From Ktedonobacterales bacterium (GTDB taxonomy: Bacteria; Chloroflexota; Ktedonobacteria; Ktedonobacterales; JADMIN01), in NCBI GenBank assembly GCA_036393135.1, contig DASVWQ010000310.1, positions 1 to 51,177 on the forward strand: a DNA stretch of 51,177 nucleotides, written 5' to 3'. Under the pieces are notes generated by a model. The model made no database searches. It worked only from the letters and a program-made list of their open reading frames with translations, and had not been told where the DNA came from. Both the position numbers and the translations under genes were made by a program. Below, in pieces: positions 1-6,905 of this stretch (position 1 is the first letter of the stretch; the number at the start of each line of letters is the position of its first letter).

Positions 1-98
1 TACGCCGAGCACGATGGCGTAAACCGACAGCTCGACGGCAACACCTGTGACAGCGTAAGCTGATACGCCCGGATCAGCCCCATTCCGATATACTTCAT
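1..98 (-). CDS. yidD: Membrane protein insertion efficiency factor YidD (5' part, runs off the window start)
   Basis: ATG at 98..96. My translation is MKYIGMGLIRAYQLTLSQVLPSSCRFTPSCSA, which carries the YidD signature (YQ..S....CRF.P.CS). It lies directly downstream of rnpA, as in the classical rpmH-rnpA-yidD arrangement. It is too short to appear in the ORF track. Confidence 0.8.
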   Translation of the reverse strand, partial: MKYIGMGLIRAYQLTLSQVLPSSCRFTPSCSA

Positions 99-152
99 GG
101 CGCTCGCGCCTTGCCTTCCTGGGATCTCGCCAGAATCTTCGCCCTCGCCGAC

Positions 153-554
153 TCACCGCAAGATGCGCGCCCGCGAGAGCAGGTCATACAGTTCGCCCGC
201 GAGGGCGGGATACTCAGCAGTAGCGGCTTCAGGGCGCGCTATCACTATCATATCCCACCCCGGCTGCGCCTTCCACAGCCGACGACGGATGGCCTCGCGC
301 AGGCGACGCTTCACACGGTTGCGCGTCACCGCCTTGCCCACCCGTTTGCTTACCGAGAAGCCGATGCGCGAGGGCAGACTGGGCCGCGCCTCCGCCCCAT
401 GCTCTGGCGCCGCTTCGGCCACGCGCCGCGCATAGGCCAGCGTCAGGTACGCGCCCTGCTGCCGACGCCCGCGCCGCCGCACCCGCTGGAAATCGCCCGA
501 CGCGCGCAGCCGCGCCTCCCGCCGGAATCGTTCCTGTCCAGTAGTACGCTCCAT
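153..554 (-). CDS. rnpA: Ribonuclease P protein component
   Basis: ORF 153..623 contains RIGFSVSKRVGKAVTRNRVKRRLREAIR, the RnpA RNR-type basic motif. Start placed at the internal ATG 554 (MERTTGQERF...). Located downstream of rpmH. Confidence 0.85.
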   Translation of the reverse strand: MERTTGQERFRREARLRASGDFQRVRRRGRRQQGAYLTLAYARRVAEAAPEHGAEARPSLPSRIGFSVSKRVGKAVTRNRVKRRLREAIRRRLWKAQPGWDMIVIARPEAATAEYPALAGELYDLLSRARILR

Positions 555-716
555 GCGCTCATCGTGTTCCACGCCGCCGGACCTCTCATCGCCGCGCCCG
601 CCATGCTGCCCCGCCGGACACACAAAATGCGCCTCGCGCGCCGCAGGGGCGAAACCGCCCAGCCACGAGACACCGCGAGACGCATTCCGCGTATACGGAT
701 GCGCGCCCTGGCCGCT

Positions 717-854
717 CTAGACGACGGTAAGACGCCAGCGGCCCTTGAGACGGCGCGCCTTCAGCACGCGGCGCCCGTCGTGTGTGCTCATCCGCTTCAT
801 AAAGCCATGTTCGCGCTTCCGGGGAATGCGCTTTGGCTGCCACGTTCGCTTCAT
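717..854 (-). CDS. rpmH: 50S ribosomal protein L34
   Basis: Hand translation of the minus strand gives [45 protein letters not shown] followed by a stop. This is a canonical L34 sequence. At 45 aa it is below the ORF-track cutoff. Confidence 0.95.
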   Translation of the reverse strand: MKRTWQPKRIPRKREHGFMKRMSTHDGRRVLKARRLKGRWRLTVV

Positions 855-893
855 GGTATCGCTACTATCCCTTTCCGCCAGACGTTCTCAACG

Positions 894-923
894 ATTATAC
901 CTGCCCCAGCGCCGACCTGTCAA
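894..923 (-). promoter_or_regulatory. Candidate sigma70-type promoter of rpmH
   Basis: The minus strand reads TTGACA (923..918), an 18-nt spacer, then TATAAT (899..894). It lies about 40 nt upstream of the rpmH ATG, which has a GGAAAGGGA ribosome-binding region. Confidence 0.5.
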
Positions 924-959
924 AGCCTTCGCGCGGAATGGATGGCCGCTCGCGCCTGA

Positions 960-1197
960 TTAGTCGCCGTGGGCGCCCGTCTTGGCCAGGATGTGCGCCC
1001 GCAGCCGGGCGGCGTCGTTCACGGCGGCCAGCGCGCCGTGCGGGTCCAGCCCGTGCTGGCGGATGATCGCGCGCAGCGAGCCGAGGCGCAGCGACGCCAG
1101 CGCCTCATGCAGCCCGGCCTCGCCCAGCCGCTCGCGCCACCCCGGCGTGGCGCCAGCCCCAGAGCCAGCGCTTCCTGGCCGAGAGCCACGACCTGGA
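960..1197 (-). pseudogene. Start-less 3' fragment homologous to the C-terminal domain of the ParA-partner gene at 3930..4571
   Basis: 960..1137 aligns without gaps to 3930..4107, beginning exactly at the stop codon. The minus frame encodes ...WRERLGEAGLHEALASLRLGSLRAIIRQHGLDPHGALAAVNDAARLRAHILAKTGAHGD. The frame is open back to an in-frame stop at 1198..1200 and contains no ATG, GTG or TTG start. Confidence 0.6.
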
Positions 1198-1258
1198 TTC
1201 TAGTTCTCCTCCATCCAGAAACATCCCTGTCGTGCGCTGAACTGGTGGCTGCGGCGCA

Positions 1259-1466
1259 TTGGCGAGGCGCTCCTCACCCGCGTCGCCCAATCCGGCGCAC
1301 TCCCGACAACAACTTGGCCGAACGCGCCATCCACTCGCCCGTTGTTACCAACAAGATCAGCAGCGGCACGCGCAGTCCCGCAGGTTCCACCACCCACATG
1401 CGCCTCTATTCCATCGCTGCCACCTGGGCAGCGCAAGGCTACAACTCTTCGGATCAATTTCGCTAG
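1259..1466 (+). mobile_element. C-terminal remnant of an IS66-family-type transposase
   Basis: The plus frame encodes ...PDNNLAERAIHSPVVTNKISSGTRSPAGSTTHMRLYSIAATWAAQGYN. This matches the (T/D)NN.AER.(I/L)R..V..RK....G..S..G pattern of IS66 TnpC C-termini. The conserved R and RK positions are substituted here (H and NK). Only about the last 60 residues of a roughly 500-aa protein are present. The left boundary is approximate. Confidence 0.55.
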
Positions 1467-1512
1467 CTGTTGAAATCTCCCTCATCCCAACACCGGACTC
1501 TTGCTCACTACC

Positions 1513-1541
1513 TTGACATTCGTGTGGCATAACAGTATCCT
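1513..1541 (+). promoter_or_regulatory. Candidate promoter for the island genes
   Basis: TTGACA (1513..1518), 17-nt spacer, TATCCT (1536..1541). Lies upstream of the 1708 CDS. Confidence 0.3.
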
Positions 1542-1707
1542 TCTTTAAGCAGCAGTCGAATTCGCAAGGAAGGAGGCGTAACACTCCACTATACTAGGAG
1601 GGAAGCAGCGCAGGAAACGCTCACTGGTCATTGGTCTGATGTGGCATGACGCTTCGCGACGCTCAGAGTCGCGTCGTCAAGTACAAGCCACAAAAGGAAG
1701 ATACGCA

Positions 1708-2553
1708 ATGAAGATCAGAGTACGTCTCGCATCGACATTCATCGCCTTCTTGAGCGCTATGGCCCTCACAGCCAGCCTCGCCACGCCCACCTACGCCGCG
1801 CCCGTCAAGACTCCCCCCCACATCACTCTAGCAAGCCTGCCAGTAGCATCTCCGAGCAAACTCCCATTCTCGATCAGGGGCTATGAAAGGTCACTTCCTT
1901 CAGCACAGGAGTATGCGCCAACAGGGTTAGTCAACATCAACCAATCACCCGAGGTACAAAAACTCATTGATGTGCATTATTTCGTGGTGGAGGGGCAACT
2001 GATCGGAGGCCACTATGAGTATCCGTTGACCCTCAGCGCAACATCTTCGGGACATGGTAGCGCCGAAGGCCAGCTTATTGCGTACAGCGACGCTGATCAT
2101 ACGCAGCTCGTGGCCATCGGAACAACTCAAAGCAGCCCAGCGGCTACGCCGCAATATATCTGTCGAGGCAGCGCAAGCACGCAGCTTCATGTCCATTTCA
2201 CCGACAGAATTGGGCTGCCTCTGGCGGATGTCTATCAGCCGCTTGCATGGAACTACAACTGCAGCACAGTCACATCGTTCAACGCCAGTGGCGCCTACGA
2301 GTGGTGGGCTATAGATGGCTGGTCTGAATCTTACGCGAGTCGCACCAGCGGTTACACGGATCCGAGCCATCAAACGGTCGAGAGTTGGACTGACGCGACG
2401 TTTCAGAACACGCTGTTTTGCGGGTATCAAGTGACGATTTGGGACGGCAGCATCGCGTATGGAACCTTCACTGGCAGCAAATCGGCCAGTGTGAGCCCCT
2501 ATTTCTCGCAGACCTGCCAACCGCTGTACTATTCTTGGAAGTGGGACTACTAG
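1708..2553 (+). CDS. Secreted protein of unknown function; C-terminal 4-Cys aromatic-rich domain
   Basis: ATG 1708 preceded by AAGGAAG. The N-terminus MKIRVRLASTFIAFLSAMALTASLATPTYA-AP looks like a Sec signal peptide. The C-terminal domain is paralogous to that of the 3153..3779 product. Local GC is low. Confidence 0.7.
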   Translation: MKIRVRLASTFIAFLSAMALTASLATPTYAAPVKTPPHITLASLPVASPSKLPFSIRGYERSLPSAQEYAPTGLVNINQSPEVQKLIDVHYFVVEGQLIGGHYEYPLTLSATSSGHGSAEGQLIAYSDADHTQLVAIGTTQSSPAATPQYICRGSASTQLHVHFTDRIGLPLADVYQPLAWNYNCSTVTSFNASGAYEWWAIDGWSESYASRTSGYTDPSHQTVESWTDATFQNTLFCGYQVTIWDGSIAYGTFTGSKSASVSPYFSQTCQPLYYSWKWDY

Positions 2554-2623
2554 CGTACATCAGTACGTCTCTTGGCCGCACGATACAGATGCAGGCACGA
2601 GTCCGCACATCAGGAGGAGTCAA

Positions 2624-3046
2624 GTGGTACAGCGCATATTCGAGATGATAGTAGGCGTGTGCGCCAGTGCGCTAGGCTTCGCACTCCTCCTCTCTCTGCT
2701 GCTATCGCCGAGCATCGACGGCCGCTACAGTTACTTCGGGCAGACCCACGACCTAAGTTGGCTGCCTGCATTTCTCGCCTTTGCCGCCGTACTGGCGGCG
2801 GTTGCAGTCGGCGTGCTTCTGCACGGCATAACCAGTGTCTCCCGCACTGGCCGTCGAGTTCGTGTGATCTTTGCGTGGGTGGGTCGCTTGACGCTCTGGC
2901 TCTCAACTGCGGGACTGATCATCCTGGTGTACATCGCTGGGTTCAGCATTGGCCTGCTCTTTATCCCAAGCGCTCTGCTAGCGCTCATAGCATGTGGTCT
3001 AGCTCTGGTTCCCGATCCACTACGCAACGTTACCTCTAACAGGTAG
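2624..3046 (+). CDS. Small integral membrane protein (about 4 TM helices), unknown function
   Basis: GTG 2624 preceded by AGGAGGAG (2612..2619). Four hydrophobic stretches: IVGVCASALGFALLLSLLL, LPAFLAFAAVLAAVAVGVLL, LTLWLSTAGLIILVYIAGF and LLFIPSALLALIACGLAL. Confidence 0.65.
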   Translation: MVQRIFEMIVGVCASALGFALLLSLLLSPSIDGRYSYFGQTHDLSWLPAFLAFAAVLAAVAVGVLLHGITSVSRTGRRVRVIFAWVGRLTLWLSTAGLIILVYIAGFSIGLLFIPSALLALIACGLALVPDPLRNVTSNR

Positions 3047-3152
3047 CAAGCAAGGTTGATGATGCGCAGCGTCTCACGCTAGATGGAGACTGGTACGCGT
3101 GCGCCTCTGACGTTCATCTCGCGACACTTCAGACTCGAAAGGATAACACATA

Positions 3153-3779
3153 ATGCGCAATCGGGCAGCGCTACGGATGCTTGCGCTTATCGTGATCGCG
3201 TCAGCGCTCATGACCTCGCTGGAGTCCGTTACCGCAGCGTCCGCGCAGGCTAGCGCGACTACGATGAACTCGGCTCACCTGATCATCAACGGCAAGCCAT
3301 ATGATCTGGCATGGGGTCAGAACATCGTGCAGCCAACCAGGCTGCCAGATGGCTCGAAGGGCTGGATTCGCTTCCGCGCCGATTTGACGATTGTCCAGCC
3401 GAACCACAAGGTAGGCCAGGTATCGTCGGATGATCCCTGCCAGACCGCCAGTGGAACCGAAACCTGGACTGATTACGCTGGCTTCACGCTCATCTCGTAC
3501 AGCCTCTACCAATATTGGTGCTATGACTATACCCACGTCACCAGTTACACGACCGCATACGAACATAGCAGCGAATATCTCGGCTGGAGCCTCGCCAACC
3601 ATAGTGAGTGGACCAACTACTTTCCCGATTGGTTTCCAGACGAAGGGATCGGAACCGGGCAGTTCCGCTTCAACGGGCCGTTTGGCGTGGGATGCAAGTC
3701 AGGTTCAATCGCCATCGACTTCTTCGGTGACGGGAGCCATCCCGTATTCAAGTACTACGGTGGCTATTATGGTTGTTAG
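3153..3779 (+). CDS. Secreted protein of unknown function; paralog of the 1708..2553 C-terminal domain
   Basis: Signal-peptide-like N-terminus MRNRAALRMLALIVIASALMTSLESVTAASAQA. Four Cys lie in the same order and local context as in the 1708 protein (see findings). The sequence is very Tyr/Trp/Gly rich and ends YYGGYYGC. Confidence 0.7.
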   Translation: MRNRAALRMLALIVIASALMTSLESVTAASAQASATTMNSAHLIINGKPYDLAWGQNIVQPTRLPDGSKGWIRFRADLTIVQPNHKVGQVSSDDPCQTASGTETWTDYAGFTLISYSLYQYWCYDYTHVTSYTTAYEHSSEYLGWSLANHSEWTNYFPDWFPDEGIGTGQFRFNGPFGVGCKSGSIAIDFFGDGSHPVFKYYGGYYGC

Positions 3780-3834
3780 AAAATGTTCAAGAAGGGGTAA
3801 TAGCAGATCCGGCGTGATCGTTTGCGTGGTGGCA

Positions 3835-3889
3835 GACCTCACCCCCTAACCCCCGCTCCCACAGGGAGCGGGGGTTAGGGGGTGAGGTC
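3835..3889. repeat. Perfect 26-bp inverted repeat (3-nt loop); REP-like hairpin or bidirectional terminator
   Basis: 3835..3860 (gacctcaccccctaacccccgctccc) pairs base-for-base with 3864..3889, with loop aca. It lies between the convergent 3' ends of the 3153..3779 (+) and 3930..4571 (-) genes. It shares the GGGAG.GGGG...GGGGTGAGG motif with the hairpin at 34947..34969. Confidence 0.9.
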
Positions 3890-3929
3890 GCGCCTGGCGT
3901 CATTGCCAATAACCTGAGCGGAAGGGCTC

Positions 3930-4571
3930 TTACGCGCCGTGGGCGCCCGTCTTCGCCAGAATGTGCGCCCGCAACCTGGCGGCGTCGTTCACGGCGGCCA
4001 GCGCGCCGTGCGGGTCCAGCCCATGCTGGCGAATGATCGCGCGCAGCGAGCCAAGTCGCAACGTGGCCAGCGCCTCATGCAGCCCGGCCTCGCCCAGCCG
4101 CTCGCGCAGCGCGAAGGGGTCTGGCACACCGGGGCCGAGCGCCTCGTCCACGCCGGTCACGATGGTCGGATGGAAGCTGCGCCCGATAGTCGACGGCGCT
4201 GGCTCTTCGTGCGTCACCTTGCGCCGCGCCGACCCACTGCGCTTCCGCTCAGACGCAGGAGCCGCCGCCGGAGTCTCGCTGATGGCCTGGGCAACCCGCT
4301 GGGCCAGCGCCGGATCGCGCTCCAGCTCCGTCGCCACCGCTCGCAGCGCCCGCGCCAGCGCATCGGGGCTGAGTGGCAGGCCTTCCGTGCGCTCTGGCTC
4401 GCTGGCGGGCGTGGGCATGGATGGCGCCGCCGCGCGCTTGCCCTTGCGCGGCGCGGCGTCGTTCACGCTCTCAGAAGCGTCGGCGGGCTGGGCGGATGAC
4501 TCGGCGTGGTTGGCGGCGCTAGTAGGCCTGGCCGCTGCGCCGGTTGTATGGCCGCGAGTGCGCTGGGACAC
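3930..4571 (-). CDS. ParA-associated protein; Ala/Pro/Ser-rich N-terminal two thirds plus a conserved helical C-terminal domain (not a recognisable ParB)
   Basis: Minus-strand ORF immediately downstream of parA; the annotated ATG overlaps parA by 53 nt. The coding frame is supported by synonymous-biased divergence from the copy at 960..1137. The C-terminus LATLRLGSLRAIIRQHGLDPHGALAAVNDAARLRAHIL resembles SAP/HeH/Rho_N-type helix-extended-helix motifs. The start codon is uncertain. Confidence 0.6.
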   Translation of the reverse strand: MSQRTRGHTTGAAARPTSAANHAESSAQPADASESVNDAAPRKGKRAAAPSMPTPASEPERTEGLPLSPDALARALRAVATELERDPALAQRVAQAISETPAAAPASERKRSGSARRKVTHEEPAPSTIGRSFHPTIVTGVDEALGPGVPDPFALRERLGEAGLHEALATLRLGSLRAIIRQHGLDPHGALAAVNDAARLRAHILAKTGAHGA

Positions 4572-5313
4572 GACGCTTCACCTCCCGTGCAAGCTCCAGA
4601 TACGCCATACCGCCCGAGCTATTGGGCGCGAAGCTCAGCACGCTCTCATGCTCACGGTGCGCCTTCTCCAGGTCCAGATTCTTCGGGATGCGCGTCTCCA
4701 GCAGGCGCTCCTCATACTTCTTTTCGAGGATGCCCCACGTCTCGCGCGCGGTCGTCGTGTCCTCGTAGAAGGTCGCCACGACCCCCGCGATCTCCAGATC
4801 GGAGAGGTCGAGCTGGTCGCGCAGGTCTTCGATGATCGCGTCGAGCTTGTCGATGCCGATCAGGCTGAACTCGGTGAGCGAGATTGGCACCACCACCTTG
4901 TTCGCGGCGGCCAGCGCGTTCTGCGTCAGCACCCCCAGCGAAGGTGGCGTGTCGATGATGATGTAGTGGTACTCCAGGCCAGAGAGCGCCCGCGCCAGCC
5001 GCCACTCGCGCCCCGGTCGCGCCGCCAGCTCCACATCGGCGTTCTGCAGGCGGCCATCGCCTGGCGCCAGCCAGACATTCTCTTCGTTGGTCTGCCAGAG
5101 GATCGACTCCAGCTTACGGTTGCCCACCAGCACATCATAGATCGATGGCGCCGGATGCACCCGACCCGTCAGCGCGTAGGTGGCGTTGGCCTGGCCATCC
5201 ACGTCCACGACGAGTACCTTGTAGTTGAGTCGGGCGAGGCCAGCCGCGAGATTGACGGCGGTAGTCGTCTTGCCGACGCCGCCCTTGTTGTTGGCGATGC
5301 AGATAGCGGTCAT
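4519..5313 (-). CDS. parA: ParA/Soj-family partition ATPase
   Basis: MTAICIANNKGGVGKTTTAVNLAAGLA shows the deviant Walker A motif KGGVGKT. Also VVDVDGQANAT and IIIDTPPSLG. Start placed at the internal ATG 5313, which has GGAAGGA upstream. Confidence 0.9.
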   Translation of the reverse strand: MTAICIANNKGGVGKTTTAVNLAAGLARLNYKVLVVDVDGQANATYALTGRVHPAPSIYDVLVGNRKLESILWQTNEENVWLAPGDGRLQNADVELAARPGREWRLARALSGLEYHYIIIDTPPSLGVLTQNALAAANKVVVPISLTEFSLIGIDKLDAIIEDLRDQLDLSDLEIAGVVATFYEDTTTARETWGILEKKYEERLLETRIPKNLDLEKAHREHESVLSFAPNSSGGMAYLELAREVKRRVPAHSRPYNRRSGQAY

Positions 5314-5456
5314 GGGGCTGTCCTTCCGGGGGAAGCGCGTCGCGGGACGGGCGCACGGCCAGAACACAAGCGAGCCAGAGTCGCAGGCGAGTGTAGCATG
5401 GAGCCAGCAAGGGCGTCAAAACGACGTGACTGTTAGGCCAGCCCATCTGGACGCGA

Positions 5457-5494
5457 CATCGCCCCCAGCGCGATCTGCGCCACTGGGGGCGATG
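5457..5494 (-). terminator. GC-rich hairpin downstream of ctaE (12-bp perfect stem, 14-nt loop), no U-tract
   Basis: catcgcccccag (5457..5468) is the reverse complement of ctgggggcgatg (5483..5494). It lies 25 nt after the ctaE stop and upstream of parA. Confidence 0.45.
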
Positions 5495-5518
5495 GGACGC
5501 TAGCGCCGAACGCCGCGA

Positions 5519-6118
5519 CTAGAGGATGTAGACGGTCAGGAACAGGATGATCCACACCGCGTCGACGAAGTGCCAGTACATCTCGACCGCGTTCACCGCG
5601 AAGTGCTGCTGGGCCGTAAAGTGGCCACGCGCCGCGCGAATGAAGCAGATCAGCAGGAAGATGACACCGAACGTGACGTGCGCGCCGTGGAAGCCCGTCA
5701 GGGTGTAGAAGGTCGAGCCAAAGATACCGGTGGAGGGGCCAAAGGCGTTGTGGACGTACTCATACGCCTGGCCGCCGAGGAAGATCGAGCCGAGCAGCGC
5801 CGTCAGCCCCAGGCCCGTCACCAGGCCGCGCTTGTCGCCCTTGGCGATGGCGCGGGCGGCGAAGTGCATCGGGAAGCTGCTGGCCAGCAGGATCAGCGTG
5901 TTGATGCCCGGAATCAGGATCTCCGGGCGGGCCAAATGCTCAACCGTCGGCGGCCACGCGCCCGCCCGCACGCGCAGGTACAGGTAGGAGGCGATCAGGT
6001 TGGCGAAGAAAACGGCCTCCGACGCGAGGAAGAAGACCATGCCATACCAGCCGTAGCTGCGCCCCTGCGGCTCGTGGCCATGCTCGGCGGCGGTCTCCTG
6101 CGAGATTGCTGTGCTCAT
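5519..6118 (-). CDS. ctaE: Cytochrome c oxidase subunit III
   Basis: FYTLTGFHGAHVTFGVIFLL and MYWHFVDAVWIILFLTVYIL are typical subunit III motifs. Confidence 0.9.
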   Translation of the reverse strand: MSTAISQETAAEHGHEPQGRSYGWYGMVFFLASEAVFFANLIASYLYLRVRAGAWPPTVEHLARPEILIPGINTLILLASSFPMHFAARAIAKGDKRGLVTGLGLTALLGSIFLGGQAYEYVHNAFGPSTGIFGSTFYTLTGFHGAHVTFGVIFLLICFIRAARGHFTAQQHFAVNAVEMYWHFVDAVWIILFLTVYIL

Positions 6119-6160
6119 GTCGTCTTTATCACTTTCCGGTCGTTGCGTTCGTCGCGTGAG

Positions 6161-6625
6161 CTAGTTGGTCTCCAGACCCCAGGCGATGCCTGAGCCGAGC
6201 GCCAGCAGCATGCCTATCGCCGTGATCACGATCGTGCTGGTCCAGAACATGATCCCGCCGAAAGTGATGCCCACGGAGATCGCCAGCGCCAGCGGCCAGT
6301 AGCTCGGCCCCGGCAGGTGGATGCCCGCGGGGTGGGCCTCGGCGGCGGGCGCGGCGGCCACCGGCGCGGCCACGGCGGCGGCAGCGGCCACCGGAGCGAC
6401 AATCTCGCGCACCCGCGCCGAGAAGCCGATGCCCGCCATCAGGCGTGTCGCCTGATCCAGGTCGTCCTCTTCGTTGCGCGCCAGCAGCGACTTGACTTTC
6501 TTGAACACCCAGAACTGCTCGGCGTCGAGGCCCTTTGCCAGGGCATCCAGCTCGCCGCCCTGGCGGGTGAACGTGGCTACCGCGCCGCCGGGATGGGTGT
6601 AGATGACCTCATAGTTATCCGACAT
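6161..6625 (-). CDS. Oxidase-cluster membrane protein: soluble N-terminal domain, Ala-rich linker and a 2-TM C-terminal part (subunit-IV-like by position)
   Basis: The C-terminus reads HLPGPSYWPLALAISVGITFGGIMFWTSTIVITAIGMLLALGSGIAWGL. It is encoded 42 nt upstream of ctaE. The N-terminal 75 aa match no family I recognise. Confidence 0.5.
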   Translation of the reverse strand: MSDNYEVIYTHPGGAVATFTRQGGELDALAKGLDAEQFWVFKKVKSLLARNEEDDLDQATRLMAGIGFSARVREIVAPVAAAAAVAAPVAAAPAAEAHPAGIHLPGPSYWPLALAISVGITFGGIMFWTSTIVITAIGMLLALGSGIAWGLETN

Positions 6626-6748
6626 TCGCCAGCTCCTGAATCGCAGGCGCCGCGCCCATCCAGATGACGGGCGAGACAGGCCACAGCGTCTTCTATCTTA
6701 TCATGACGAGCAAGCCCCGTTATGGGGCGCGCCCGCCGCTCACGCGGA

Positions 6749-6901
6749 CTATTTCGCGGGTCGCTCGCGCTCGTTGAGCAACTCGCGTGTCGCCTCCACA
6801 TCCGCCCGCACGCCGCGCATGCGCAGCGTGATCCAGCCAAGATACGCCATCAGCCCCAGCCAGACGATGGCATAGGTGATGATCAGAAAGTTCACGCCCA
6901 T
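6749..6901 (-). CDS. ccmD: Heme exporter protein D-like (single TM)
   Basis: MGVNFLIITYAIVWLGLMAYLGWITLRMR from the internal ATG 6901, with GGAGGAG 8 nt upstream. It starts 4 nt after the ccmC stop. Size, position and the TM-plus-basic-tail layout fit CcmD. Confidence 0.6.
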   Translation of the reverse strand: MGVNFLIITYAIVWLGLMAYLGWITLRMRGVRADVEATRELLNERERPAK

Positions 6902-6905
6902 CGCG

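Noticed and set aside
855-960. Search for DnaA boxes or oriC next to rpmH
   Set aside because: No TTATCCACA-like 9-mers and no AT-rich unwinding element are visible. The region is fully explained by the rpmH promoter.
969-1466. 165-aa plus-strand ORF treated as one gene
   Set aside because: It is a chimera. Its first part is the antisense frame of the partner-gene fragment, and only its last roughly 55 aa show transposase similarity. I annotated it as a remnant, not an intact CDS.
3961-5436. 491-aa plus-strand ORF, together with the overlapping ORF 3939..4499
   Set aside because: Antisense to parA and its partner gene. The minus frame is supported by ParA motifs and by the synonymous-biased divergence of the repeat.
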